Source: Candidatus Saccharimonadota bacterium
Lineage (GTDB): Bacteria; Bacteroidota; Bacteroidia; Cytophagales; Amoebophilaceae
NCBI RefSeq assembly: GCF_936981045.1
Contig: NZ_OW441264.1
Location: 300,001-332,000, forward strand
Direction of reading: 5' to 3'
Length of the DNA: 32,000 bases
The notes under the pieces were generated by a model, which made no database searches, had not been told where the DNA came from, and saw nothing but the letters and a program-made list of their open reading frames with translations. This document shows, piece after piece, positions 5,965 to 15,458 of the stretch. The position numbers and the translations under genes are program-made. Within the stretch, counting starts at the first letter, position 1; each line of letters begins with the position of its first letter.

Positions 5965-8900
5965 CTAACCTTTTTTGCCCGGCTGCCCTTCCGTATAGGA
6001 CTTTAATGGCAATTGTACATAAAAAGGTGCATGGAACAAGAAAGAAATAATTTCTTGACTTATGGTAGCCGTGAATTTTCTAAACAAGTGATAGGCTTCA
6101 AACTTAAAGGTTATAATAGGGTCTTGCCTTTCATAGATGGCATTTTGAACCGATTGCTTTAAATCATCCATAACCCGTAAATGACTTTTCCAATGTTGAT
6201 CAATTACATGAAGGACAACCATGCATGCTAAATTTTTAACCAGCTCTCTTCCACCAGACGCCATAAAGAGTGTAGGGTACACAGTCGCTCTAATGTACAT
6301 TTTACCATCAAAAAAGGGAACTTCCACACGATCACTACTGCCTATAACAGACGCCTTAAAATAGGAAAATAACCTCTCCTGTAATGCTGTAGTGCGTTGG
6401 GAATATGTCTTTGCCAGTTGCTGATAGATAGCCTCTATAAGGACTTCTTTCTTTTTACCTGCAAAAAATGATTCTGAAAAGGTATCTCCAAATACAGCAG
6501 AAAAAATGGGATTTAGAAAACTTGCTTCTAGTTTACTATCTTCATGCTCTATAATGTTGGTCACCGTATCGTAGAGCATATTGATAATATCCACTTCAAC
6601 CCCTTTGCCTAATAAAGCACGGTTCCGCCTCTGATAAACTGCACCACGATGGGTACCCATTTCACGGTCATACTCTAACAAACGCTTGCGCATAGCAAAG
6701 TTATTCTGTTCTACCTTTTTTTGTGCCCTTTCGATAGACCTGCTGACCATACCATGTTGAATGACCTCTCCCTCTTCCAAACCAATTTTATCCATTATAG
6801 CCGCAATTCTATCAGAACCAAAGAGACGCATTAAACTATCCTCTAAGGAAAGAAAAAACTGAGAAGAACCTGGATCGCCTTGTCGCCCAGAACGGCCACG
6901 CAACTGCCTATCGACGCGTCTTGATTCATGACGTTCTGTACCAATAATGGCCAACCCACCAGCTGCTTTTGAGGCCTGGTCCAACTTAATATCCGTACCG
7001 CGACCCGCCATATTTGTGGCAATCGTAACGGTACCAGCTATACCAGCTTGTGCCACTATTTCCGCTTCTTTTTGATGGTGTTTTGCATTTAAAATCTGAT
7101 GGGGAATTTTACGAAAAGCAAGCATTTTGCTGACCAATTCAGATACTTCTACAGAAGTAGTACCCACTAAAACCGGTCTCCTTTTGGCAGATAAGGAGAC
7201 TATTTCTTTAATGATGGCATTAAATTTTTCCCGTACTGTCTTGTAAACCTTATCTTCTTTGTCCTCTCGCAACAATGGCCTATGGGTGGGAATAGGTACT
7301 ACCGCAAGGCCATAAATATCCCAAAATTCCTCCGCATCCGTCTCGGCTGTACCAGTCATACCGGCTAACTTATCATACATATGGAAGTAGCTTTGAAGGG
7401 TAATAGAGGCATAGGTCTGAGAAGGTTTTTCAATCTTAACACCCTCCTTGGCTTCTAAGGCTTGATGGAGGCCATCTGAATATCTACGGCCATCCAATAC
7501 CCGACCGGTTTGTTCATCTACAATTTTTACTTTACCCTTGGATACAATATAGGCCACATCTTTTTCAAATAAGGCATATGCTTTTAACAACTGATGCAAG
7601 GCATGAATACGTTGTGCTTTTACCTTATAAGTTTGCTGAAAATAAGAACGCTTAGCGAGGCTTTCTTCATGGGTCAAAGCAGTATCATTCTCAATAGCCG
7701 CAATATGAGCTGCTACGTCTGGCAATATAAAGAAAGAGGGATCTTTTTCTTGTTCGGTTAGATAGGTGAGCCCTTTTTCAGTGATCTCAACATTGTTATG
7801 CCTTTCATCAATGGAAAAGAAAAGGGAGGCATCTGCTTGAGGCATCATCTTAGCATTTTCCTGTATGTAATAAGATTCTACATTGTCTAGGATTTGACGC
7901 ATGCCTTTTTCACTAAGAAATTTAATTAAAGGCTTATACTTAGGCAATCCCCTATAGGCACGAAAAAGAGCTAGCCCTCCTTCCTCTATATTGCCTGCTT
8001 TTATTTTTTGCTTTGCTTCTTGTAGCAGCTTAATCACTAGTTCCTTTTGTAGTCTATAGAGCTGTGCAATTTTAGCAGCCAACTCTTTATAAATGTGCTC
8101 ATCACGCTCTTCTACGGGACCTGAAATAATAAGTGGTGTTCTAGCATCATCAATAAGGACAGAATCAACTTCATCTACAATAGCAAAATAGTGCGCACGC
8201 TGTACCAAATCACTGGCATCTGTTACCATATTATCCCTGAGGTAGTCAAAACCAAATTCATTATTGGTACCAAATATAATATCGGCTTGATAGGCACGTT
8301 GCCGCTCAAGGGAGTAAGCAGGATAGCGATCTATACAGTCTACTGTAAAACCATGGAATTCAAAAATAGGCGCCATCCATTCTGTGTCTCTCTTGGCCAA
8401 ATAGTCGTTTACGGTAACCACATGGACGCCTGCATTGCTTAATGCATTTAAAAAGGCAGCTAAGGTGGTAATCAGGGTCTTACCCTCCCCAGTAGCCATT
8501 TCAGCTATTTTCCCTTGATGTAAGACCATCCCTCCTATTAATTGCACATCGTAGTGAACCATTTCCCAAACAACCATACGCCCACTTACTTGCCATTGAT
8601 TCTGCCAAATGGCTTGATCGCCCTCTATGGTCACGTAAGACTTACGGGCAGCAATGGCTCGATCATGGTCATTGGCGGAAACGCTTAACTGACTATGATC
8701 TCTAAAACGGCGAGCGGTTTCTTTGACAATGGCAAAGACACGTGCCAATACCTGATCTAAAATGGATCCCAATGCTACTCTGTGGTGTTTTTTTAACTGC
8801 TCTAGCCGCTTGTAATGGTCTACCCTGGCGTGAACTGTAGCCAAAGCATCGGTTAGCTGTTCATCTGCTGATCTACTTAGCCGCTCAATTTCAGATGTAA

Positions 8901-9081
8901 TAAGTTGCAAGTGCGTGTCTATCTCTCCACGAACAGCCGTAACCTCTGCCCGTAATTGATCATGAGAAAGAAGCTGTAACGACTGATAAATTTGGTTGAT
9001 TTCAGGTATTTTTTGATTATAAAAACGGAGTTGTTGCTCTTTCTTTGAAGTAAAAATTTTAGAAAAAAGTTGATAAAGCAT
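5965..9081 (-). CDS. secA: Preprotein translocase ATPase SecA (1038 aa)
   Basis: MATGEGKTL (Walker A), DEVDSVLIDDARTPLIIS, GTERHESRRVDRQLRGRSGRQGDPG. The stop codon is TAG. Confidence 0.97.
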   Translation of the reverse strand: MLYQLFSKIFTSKKEQQLRFYNQKIPEINQIYQSLQLLSHDQLRAEVTAVRGEIDTHLQLITSEIERLSRSADEQLTDALATVHARVDHYKRLEQLKKHHRVALGSILDQVLARVFAIVKETARRFRDHSQLSVSANDHDRAIAARKSYVTIEGDQAIWQNQWQVSGRMVVWEMVHYDVQLIGGMVLHQGKIAEMATGEGKTLITTLAAFLNALSNAGVHVVTVNDYLAKRDTEWMAPIFEFHGFTVDCIDRYPAYSLERQRAYQADIIFGTNNEFGFDYLRDNMVTDASDLVQRAHYFAIVDEVDSVLIDDARTPLIISGPVEERDEHIYKELAAKIAQLYRLQKELVIKLLQEAKQKIKAGNIEEGGLALFRAYRGLPKYKPLIKFLSEKGMRQILDNVESYYIQENAKMMPQADASLFFSIDERHNNVEITEKGLTYLTEQEKDPSFFILPDVAAHIAAIENDTALTHEESLAKRSYFQQTYKVKAQRIHALHQLLKAYALFEKDVAYIVSKGKVKIVDEQTGRVLDGRRYSDGLHQALEAKEGVKIEKPSQTYASITLQSYFHMYDKLAGMTGTAETDAEEFWDIYGLAVVPIPTHRPLLREDKEDKVYKTVREKFNAIIKEIVSLSAKRRPVLVGTTSVEVSELVSKMLAFRKIPHQILNAKHHQKEAEIVAQAGIAGTVTIATNMAGRGTDIKLDQASKAAGGLAIIGTERHESRRVDRQLRGRSGRQGDPGSSQFFLSLEDSLMRLFGSDRIAAIMDKIGLEEGEVIQHGMVSRSIERAQKKVEQNNFAMRKRLLEYDREMGTHRGAVYQRRNRALLGKGVEVDIINMLYDTVTNIIEHEDSKLEASFLNPIFSAVFGDTFSESFFAGKKKEVLIEAIYQQLAKTYSQRTTALQERLFSYFKASVIGSSDRVEVPFFDGKMYIRATVYPTLFMASGGRELVKNLACMVVLHVIDQHWKSHLRVMDDLKQSVQNAIYERQDPIITFKFEAYHLFRKFTATISQEIISFLFHAPFYVQLPLKSYTEGQPGKKG

Positions 9082-9131
9082 CTTTATATGAGTGCAAAAA
9101 CAGTTATAGGCTTAGATGGTAAGATATAAGG

Positions 9132-9204
9132 TGGTGATGAGAGGACTCGAACCTCCGGCCCACGGATTTTCAGTCCGATGCTCTACCGACTGAGCTACAT
9201 CACC
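9132..9204 (-). tRNA. tRNA-Phe (GAA)
   Basis: The reverse complement GGTGATGTAGCTCAGTCGGTAGAGCATCGGACTGAAAATCCGTGGGCCGGAGGTTCGAGTCCTCTCATCACCA folds as a cloverleaf. The anticodon loop is CTGAAAA and the T-loop is GGTTCGAGTCC. CCA is not fully encoded. Confidence 0.9.
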
Positions 9205-9326
9205 AACATAATCAAGGGACAAGAAATTTACTGATTTTATCATGCTTATACAAATTAATTTAACATAAAAATGAGTTCTTTTGGACCTGTTTTCAGAAAC
9301 AAGCTGATGATGGCTTGCTTCATAAG

Positions 9327-10068
9327 TATACTGGACTGAAAAAATCGGACAAAAATATTTTAATTTATTTTCCGTATCGTTTAGTTTTAGAGTCATACAA
9401 TAAATTAATCAGATGGGTAGAAATAAGATTAGGCATTTTAGTTCGGAAGAAAAAACTAAGATAGTATTCGCTTTACTAAAAGAAGATTTAACGCTAGTTG
9501 AGCTGTCTTCCAAATATGGCGTCACTAGTAAAACCCTTCAAAATTGGAAGCGTCAATTTTTAGAGAATGCCTCTATAGCCTTTGATCCATCCAAGGTTGT
9601 TAGTGTGTATAAAGAGGAAATTAGCACACTTAAGCATCAAAACGATGCACTTGCGAAGGCTTTAGGAAAGGCTACCGTTGAGCGAGATTGGGCAGTGGGC
9701 AAGCTAAAGAGCTTGGATTTACCAAATAAGCAAAGTCTTGTCACATGCAAGCTTCCCAATTTATCCAAGGCAAGACAATGTGCATTATTATCGATACATC
9801 GCTCTTTGATATATTACAAAGCTAGGGAATTAAGTGGTTGTAATACATCTGTTTTAAACAAAATAGATTCAATCTACAGGGAACATCCGGAATATGGTTA
9901 TCGCTATATATACAATCAGCTACAAGAGGATGGCTTTAATGTAGGCAGAGATCGTGTGCTTAAGTATATGGGTGTACTGAATATATCGGCTGTTTATCCA
10001 CGTAAGAAGCCCTCTATTTCTTGTAGAAATGCTCAGCATAAGGTCGTATGTTTATAGAGGAAAAAAAT
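9327..10068 (+). mobile_element. IS3-family IS 'type D', copy D1 (left end plus 5' part, truncated)
   Basis: Begins TATACTGGACTGAAAAAATCGGAC, the same terminus seen at 13022, 28146, 27118 (rc) and 17148 (rc). It stops abruptly where the IS256-B left terminus begins (10069). The IS3 sequence does not resume after that element. Confidence 0.85.
9413..10057 (+). pseudogene. IS3-family transposase (HTH/leucine-zipper OrfA region fused in frame to start of integrase region), truncated
   Basis: MGRNKIRHFSSEEKTKIVFALLKEDLTLVELSSKYGVTSKTLQNWKRQF... is the HTH_Tnp_1-like part. It is followed by LSKARQCALLSIHRSLIYYK...YGYRYIYNQLQEDGFNVGRDRVLKYM, the start of an IS3 OrfB. The DDE core is missing. Confidence 0.8.
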
Positions 10069-10138
10069 GGGTCTTTTGTTTTAAGTGTGTAAATATTTTT
10101 TAGGATTTATCTTTACCTAAATCGTAACACTTAAAACA

Positions 10139-11056
10139 ATGAAAAGAAAAGAGACAGTTAAAGATGGGATAAGCAAGGCCATAGATGTACTGATAGAATC
10201 AGGTGTAGACCTTTCCAGACTTTTTGATCAAGATGGCTTACTCAAACAATTAAGTAAGCGTCTTGTAGAAAAAGCATTACAGTCAGAAATGGATTACCAT
10301 TTAGGTTATAATAAGTATGCACGTAGTGATTCAGAGAATGTACGTAATAGATTATCCAGTAAGCAAGTTATTACTGATAATGGCGTTATATCGGTTGAAG
10401 TACCCAGAGATAGAGCATCGACTTTTGAACCTATTTTATTGCCTAATCGTCAAACAAGAATTCCTGGTTTGGATGATAAGATCTTATCTTTATATGCTAA
10501 AGGTATGAGTCTGTCAGATATTCAGATTCAAATACAGGAATTATATGGCGCAGAAGTAAGTGAAAGCCTGATAAGTAACATCACAGACTCTGTTATTGAA
10601 GATGTTAAGATATGGCAAAATCGTCCCTTAGAATCAGTCTATTCTATTGTTTTTTTTGATTGCTTTGTAGTTAAAGTTAGACAAAATAAGCGCATCATCA
10701 ACAAGGCAGTCTATGTCGCTTTAGGTATAGATAGATCTGGCATAAAGGATGTTTTAGGGCTTTGGATGAGTGAAAATGAAGGGGCTAAATTTTGGTTAGG
10801 CAATTTAACAGAACTCAAAAATCGGGGTATGAACGATATGCTCATTGCATGTACAGATAATTTGTCAGGCATGTCTGAGGCCATTTCTGCTGTATACCCA
10901 AAAACGGAACATCAGCTCTGTATTGTTCATGCAATTAGGGGTAGTTTGCAGTATGTTTCTTATAAACATAGAAAGGTATTAGTTGCTGATTTAAAACCAA
11001 TTTATACAGCAGTTACTGAGCAAGAAGCATTGATGGCCTTAGAAGCTTTTGCTACT
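10139..11056 (+). pseudogene. IS256-B transposase, N-terminal 306 codons (then runs into MITE-3)
   Basis: This is the longest version of the type-B protein (MKRKETVKDGISKAIDVLIESGVDLSRLFDQDGLLKQLSKRLVEKALQSEMDYHLGY...). The last 11 codons of track ORF 10139..11092 (NVSSGLDYFFI*) are MITE-encoded. Confidence 0.85.
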
Positions 11057-11057
11057 A

Positions 11058-11297
11058 ACGTGAGTTCGGGATTAGATTATTTTTTCATTTGATAATCAAT
11101 ATTAATAAAAATTTATAAAATTTGTTTTATAGACAGTTAAATAGGTAGTTTAATAACAAATAATTCTGGTAATCAGTTTATTATATATATTATATTTATA
11201 AAATTAGATATAAAAACTTGTTAAATAGGTGCAAATATTAACTAAATAATTGATATTAAATTGTTGTAAGTCAGTCAAATAAATCCCGAACTCACGT
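11058..11297 (-). repeat. MITE-like element, copy 3 (reverse orientation)
   Basis: Full-length, with tips ACGTGAGTTCGGGATTAG and AATCCCGAACTCACGT. The flanking pentamers TACTA and TATTC differ. They correspond to two IS256-B positions that lie 240 bp apart in copy B1. Confidence 0.9.
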
Positions 11298-11505
11298 TAT
11301 TCATAACTGGAGCGAGGCTATGGCACATTTTTTAATTAAATTTGAAAACAGAATTGAATAAAACCAAAAAAATAATTTACACACTTAAGTGGACAGAGCC
11401 ATATTTAGCAATCCCTCATCTTTTATACCCTAAAAAAGGGCTACCCACTTAGGTCAACCGTAACGAATAAAGAAAAGGAAGGGTATTAAATATCTAATAG
11501 CTACC

Positions 11506-13005
11506 ATGCACAATGCGGTTAAAAAACTTGGTAAAGAAACCATTATATATGGTATAAGCAACATTATCGTACGCGGATGTGCGTATTTGGCTTTACTACT
11601 TCAAACCAATGTACTGACGCCCAGTGCATATAGCATTATTATAGAATTCTATGGAAGTTATATTGCTTTGGGCCACGTCATCTATGATTTGGCCATGGAT
11701 ATGACCTATTTTAGGTATGTACATACATTAGGCAAACAATATACCTTCAATATAATTGTAACTATATTACTGGTTACCAGTATTATTTTTTCAACCTTAC
11801 TCATCATATATACCCCACAAATCGCAAAAATAACCAACCACTTAGCCCATATACGTTATTTCTATTATATGGCTGGTATTCTTATGCTAGATACCCTATT
11901 GATGATGCCCTATGCGAACCTACGTGTAGAAAAAAAGACCTTTTGGTTTCTGGCGGTGAAATTTTTACAAGCTTTTGCGAATCTTACTTTTTCTTTTATT
12001 TTACTTTATTGCCCTCTATATTTAAGATATATAGAATATTTAATGTATAGTGGTTTAAATGTAACCCTATATTTAAATGGGTTAGATGCTGTTTTTATAG
12101 CCAATTTATTGTCTAACCTAACCGCTTTAGCCTTTCTACTACCAAATTTTAAGGGATTTTATTTAATCTGGAATAGCCGTACAACTCGGGCAATAGGCGG
12201 TTATGCAGCCACTTCTTTTTTTACAACGTTGTTTTTTAGGATGAATGAGACACTACCTCTTTTATTATTTCGACAATTGGTTCCTAATAATTTTTATAGC
12301 ACCCATACAAAGGAGGAAATGTTAGGCAACTTTGGCACCTCCTATAAGCTAACTCTATGTATAACATTAGGGATTCAAGCCTTTAAACATGCTGCAGAAC
12401 CATTTTTTTTTGCCAACTCAGGTCGCAAGGAGGCGCTAAAGCTATATAGCCAAACGATGCATCTATTTATACTAGCATCCTGCTTCTGCCTATTGCTTTT
12501 TAGTTTAAATATAAATTGGGTGGCAAAAATCCTGATTCCGAATGCAGGTTATCGTCACACCATTGACACCGTATCCTACTTAGCATTTGCACATATTCTT
12601 TTAGGTGTCTATTACAACTTTAGTGCGGCCTTTAAACTGAGCGATCATCCACGATATAATACTTGGATCAGTGCATTGGGCAGCCTAGTGATTGGGTTTA
12701 CAGCACTTCTATTGATACCGAGATGGGCCCATTGGGGCTGCGTATACGCCTCTATCAGTGGTGTAACTGCTATGGGGCTACTGGGGTATTATATGGGTCA
12801 AAAATGTTATCCAATACCTTATCATGCACATGGTTTTTTACTTCTTTTGCTTACCTTTTTAGTATTGGGGAAAGTTTCCTTATGGCCAGCCCAACTCGCT
12901 TTTTTAGGCACAGGGTGGGCCTATATATTCCTTCATATAACGATTTTGGCCACCTTTTATATCATATCCATTGGATGGAAAAAGTTTATTAACCTTACAA
13001 AATAA
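11506..13005 (+). CDS. Polysaccharide/oligosaccharide flippase family protein (Wzx/MOP-like), 499 aa
   Basis: A multi-pass hydrophobic protein. Its N-terminus KKLGKETIIYGISNIIVRGCAYLALLLQTNVLTPSAYS...MDMTYFRY resembles Bacteroidota 'polysaccharide biosynthesis protein' flippases. The family call is from pattern memory only. Confidence 0.65.
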   Translation: MHNAVKKLGKETIIYGISNIIVRGCAYLALLLQTNVLTPSAYSIIIEFYGSYIALGHVIYDLAMDMTYFRYVHTLGKQYTFNIIVTILLVTSIIFSTLLIIYTPQIAKITNHLAHIRYFYYMAGILMLDTLLMMPYANLRVEKKTFWFLAVKFLQAFANLTFSFILLYCPLYLRYIEYLMYSGLNVTLYLNGLDAVFIANLLSNLTALAFLLPNFKGFYLIWNSRTTRAIGGYAATSFFTTLFFRMNETLPLLLFRQLVPNNFYSTHTKEEMLGNFGTSYKLTLCITLGIQAFKHAAEPFFFANSGRKEALKLYSQTMHLFILASCFCLLLFSLNINWVAKILIPNAGYRHTIDTVSYLAFAHILLGVYYNFSAAFKLSDHPRYNTWISALGSLVIGFTALLLIPRWAHWGCVYASISGVTAMGLLGYYMGQKCYPIPYHAHGFLLLLLTFLVLGKVSLWPAQLAFLGTGWAYIFLHITILATFYIISIGWKKFINLTK

Positions 13006-13021
13006 TAGCTGGTCAAGGAAT

Positions 13022-13156
13022 TATACTGGACTGAAAAAATCGGACAAAAATATTTTAATTTATTTTCCGTATCGTTTAGTTTTAGAGTCATACAATAAAT
13101 TAATCAGATGGGTAGAAATAAGATTAGGCATTTTAGTTCGGAATAAAAAATTAAGA
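13022..13156 (+). mobile_element. IS3 'type D' left-end fragment (D2, 135 bp)
   Basis: Near-identical to 9327-9461, covering the terminus through the first codons MGRNKIRHFSS. It is cut off by MITE-4. Confidence 0.85.
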
Positions 13157-13393
13157 ACGTGAGTTCGGGATTTATTTGACTGATTTACAACAATTTAATA
13201 TCAATTATTTAGTTAATATTTGCACCTATTTAACAAGTTTTTATATCTAATTTTATAAATATAATATATATAATAAACTGATTATAAGAATTATTTGTTA
13301 TTCAACTACCTATTTAACTGTCTATAAAACAAATTTTATAAATTTTTATTAATATTAATTATCAAATGAAAAAATAATCTAATCCCGAACTCA
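13157..13393 (+). repeat. MITE-like element, copy 4 (forward; right tip lacks last 3 nt)
   Basis: Starts ACGTGAGTTCGGGATTT and ends ..CTAATCCCGAACTCA, followed by unrelated sequence. The left flank is IS3 and the right flank is the IS5-like remnant, so this is a chimeric junction. Confidence 0.85.
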
Positions 13394-13450
13394 TTTTATT
13401 ATTTATTGGTTTTCAGGTTTATTTCAGTTCATTTTTGATAGACCATTCCC

Positions 13451-13636
13451 CTAAACACCTTTTAATATGATATTTGGAGACCTGTATAAGTTATAGGCTA
13501 TTGCGTCCAAAACGTGTTGTGTATGGGTTTTAGCAAGACCTATATAATGCGCTCTTGAACTTCGGAACCAACTTTTGATACTTCCAAATACGCGTTCTAC
13601 CTTATACCGAGTTTGAGCCATTGCACGCCGGAACAG
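13451..13636 (-). pseudogene. IS5-family transposase, C-terminal 61-codon fragment
   Basis: The minus strand reads LFRRAMAQTRYKVERVFGSIKSWFRSSRAHYIGLAKTHTQHVLDAIAYNLYRSPNIILKGV*. The R..VE..FG.lK....AxYxGL.K........A.NL.R tail is typical of the IS5 family. Confidence 0.7.
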
Positions 13637-14467
13637 GTGTGCAACAAATGGGGTGTAAGTCCCCTGACTCTAATTTGTCTATTTCGGGAGTCTAGCAGGA
13701 GGTTGGATTTGTGGGGTGATTCACAGGTTTAAGTTACCTTTAAATGCATCTGCAAAATAGCGAGCTGCAACAAAAGTGAACCCAAATTAGCCTCGTTAAG
13801 CCGTTTAAGCGCATTTGCCGACTGTCTAGTGGCTACAGGAAGGCTGATAGTAGGATGGAAAAAAATAGACCATGACCATCATACAAGTGCCGGGGTGTTA
13901 GGGGTTGCACGCTATGAATGTTTCACATCGTAGTCCGGGAAATCTGATATGAATCCAGTAGGCTACTGGAAACTTTATTGTGTAAGTAAAGCGAAATCAA
14001 TAAACGTGAGTTCGGGATTAGATTATTTTTTCATTTGATAATCAATATCAATGAAAATTTATAAAATTTTTTTTATAGACAGTTAAATAGGTAGTTGAAT
14101 AACAAATAATTCTTATAATCAGTTTATTATATATATTATATTTATAAAATTAGATATAAAAACTTGTTAAATAGGTGCAAATATTAACTAAATAATTGAT
14201 ATTAAATTGTTGTAAATCAGTCAAATAAATCCCGAACTCACGTAATAAGGGTGATATCAGAAGTCCGCGGGGTCCATAATACCGTTCGTATTGATTGGGA
14301 AACCACTCAAGAGGAAAGGGACCCTACTTCAGTTAACGAGTTTAAAAGAGTTGAGAATGTCTGATTGCCCTAAAGCTATGAACGGAACATTAAAAGTTCG
14401 GCAACTCCAAAGAACTCTATATCTTAAATCCAAGCAATGTAAGGAAGTCAGATTTTATAGTCTATAT
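13637..14467 (+). mobile_element. Group II intron, 5' fragment G1 (ribozyme domains plus first 37 codons of the RT/maturase), interrupted by MITE-5 and truncated by IS982 copy C2
   Basis: Begins GTGTG (GUGYG consensus) at 13637. About 580 nt of non-coding, comparatively GC-rich sequence follow. Then the ATG at 14357 opens MSDCPKAMNGTLKVRQLQRTLYLKSKQCKEVRFYSLY, matching the typical N-terminus of bacterial group II intron reverse transcriptases (..LQ..LY.K.K.....RFY.LYDK). Domains V/VI and the rest of the ORF are absent. Confidence 0.75.
14004..14243 (-). repeat. MITE-like element, copy 5 (reverse orientation), intact insertion
   Basis: Perfect tips, flanked by direct AATAA (13999-14003) and AATAA (14244-14248). 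It lies inside the group II intron fragment. Confidence 0.92.
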
Positions 14468-14574
14468 ACCTGAGTTCGGGATTAGCTTGTTAAAAAATAG
14501 CTTTAATAAAGTTCCTTTGTTTTTTAAATTTGGAGATAAAAAAATACTAACCAGATTATCCAAAGGAGCCAGTT

Positions 14575-14823
14575 ATGAATGTAGAAAAATTAGTTGAAAT
14601 ATATTATGCTGTTGATGAATTTCTCATAAAGTTTATGCCGTATATGGAAAAACAACTGTTAACCAATTCTAAAAGAAAACCCACTAGAACTTGTTCATTA
14701 ACTTTGAGTGAAATAATGACTATTCTTATTGCCTTTCATGTGATTGGTTTTAGAAATTTTAAGTCTTATTATATTCATTTACAGAAATTTCATTCTGGTG
14801 AATTTGGAAAGTTAGTAAGCTAG
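14575..14823 (+). pseudogene. IS982-family transposase, N-terminal part (copy C2)
   Basis: Differs from 1752..2000 at only 5 of 82 residues by my manual comparison. It ends at the same TAG. Confidence 0.8.
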
Positions 14824-14884
14824 AATAGATTTATAGAACTGATCCAAAGAACGTTAGTTCCCTTGTACTGTTTTACACAAAGTC

Positions 14885-15454
14885 TTGCTAAAAAAAACAG
14901 GTTGTTATTTTATGGATGCAACAGCCATCAAGGTTTTCCATATCAAAAGAGCCTATACGCACAGGGTTTTTAAATCGATTGCTACTAAAGGTAAAACCAG
15001 CATCGGTTGGTTTTTTAGATTAAATTTGCACTTGATAGTCAATGATTTAGGAGAAATTATGAATTTTCAACTGACCACAGGTAAAACTAATGATAGGCTT
15101 CCTGTAGAAAATTTGTATAAACACTTGATGGGTAAAATGTTTGCCGATAAAGGTTACATAAGCAAAGATTTATTTGAAAAACTGATCGAGAAAGGCGTGG
15201 AACTCATTACCCAGATCAGAAAAAATATGAAAAATGCTTTTACGCCACTCTGGGATAAACTGATGCTTAGAAAACGATCTATAATTGAAACTATTATAGA
15301 TCAGCTCAAAAATATTAGCCAGATAGAACATTCCAGGCATAGAAGCATACCTAATTTTCTAGTCAATTTGATAGCTGGAATTACAGCTTATGCACTAAAA
15401 GAGAAAAAACCTTCTATAACTAATATATATATGACTGGTTCACAATACGTCTAA
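14885..15454 (+). pseudogene. IS982-family transposase, C-terminal part (copy C2, frame-shifted relative to N-part)
   Basis: Same protein as 2028..2633 with several substitutions. It is in a different frame from 14575..14823. Confidence 0.8.
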
Positions 15455-15458
15455 TCCC

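Larger units (their letters stand above)
10069..11400 (+). mobile_element. IS256-family IS 'type B', copy B2 (both termini present; internal 240 bp replaced by a MITE)
   Basis: The left terminus GGGTCTTTTGTTTTAAGTGTGTAAAT and the right terminus ..TTTACACACTTAAGTGGACAGAGCC are imperfect inverted repeats. The body is collinear with B1 and B3. The flanks show no target duplication. Confidence 0.88.
14468..15458 (+). mobile_element. IS982-family IS, copy C2 (right tip missing ~9 nt)
   Basis: The left tip is ACCTGAGTTCGGGATTAG. The right end stops at CTAATCCCGG, directly abutting the IS256-B left terminus. It carries the same in-frame TAG (14821-14823) plus a 2-nt deletion in the A-run at ~14888-14895. 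Confidence 0.88.

Noticed and set aside
9267-9278. AAAAATGAGTTC near tRNA-Phe resembles the degenerate MITE tip at 13385-13397 (rc AATAAAATGAGTTCGGG)
   Set aside because: Only ~11 nt match and the AGTTCGGGATT core is absent, so the match is too short to call a solo MITE end.
9112-9396. 94-aa ORF on the minus strand
   Set aside because: It runs through tRNA-Phe (9132-9204) and into the IS3 terminus, so it is an artefact of open frames across non-coding DNA. The same applies to 12971..13162, which spans the flippase stop and the IS3 end.
14291-14473. 60-aa ORF in the track
   Set aside because: Its first part is a non-ATG-initiated frame over group II intron RNA sequence. Only the last 37 codons (from ATG 14357) correspond to the RT N-terminus. 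The ORF ends in the IS982 tip. It is reported as part of the intron fragment and not as a gene.
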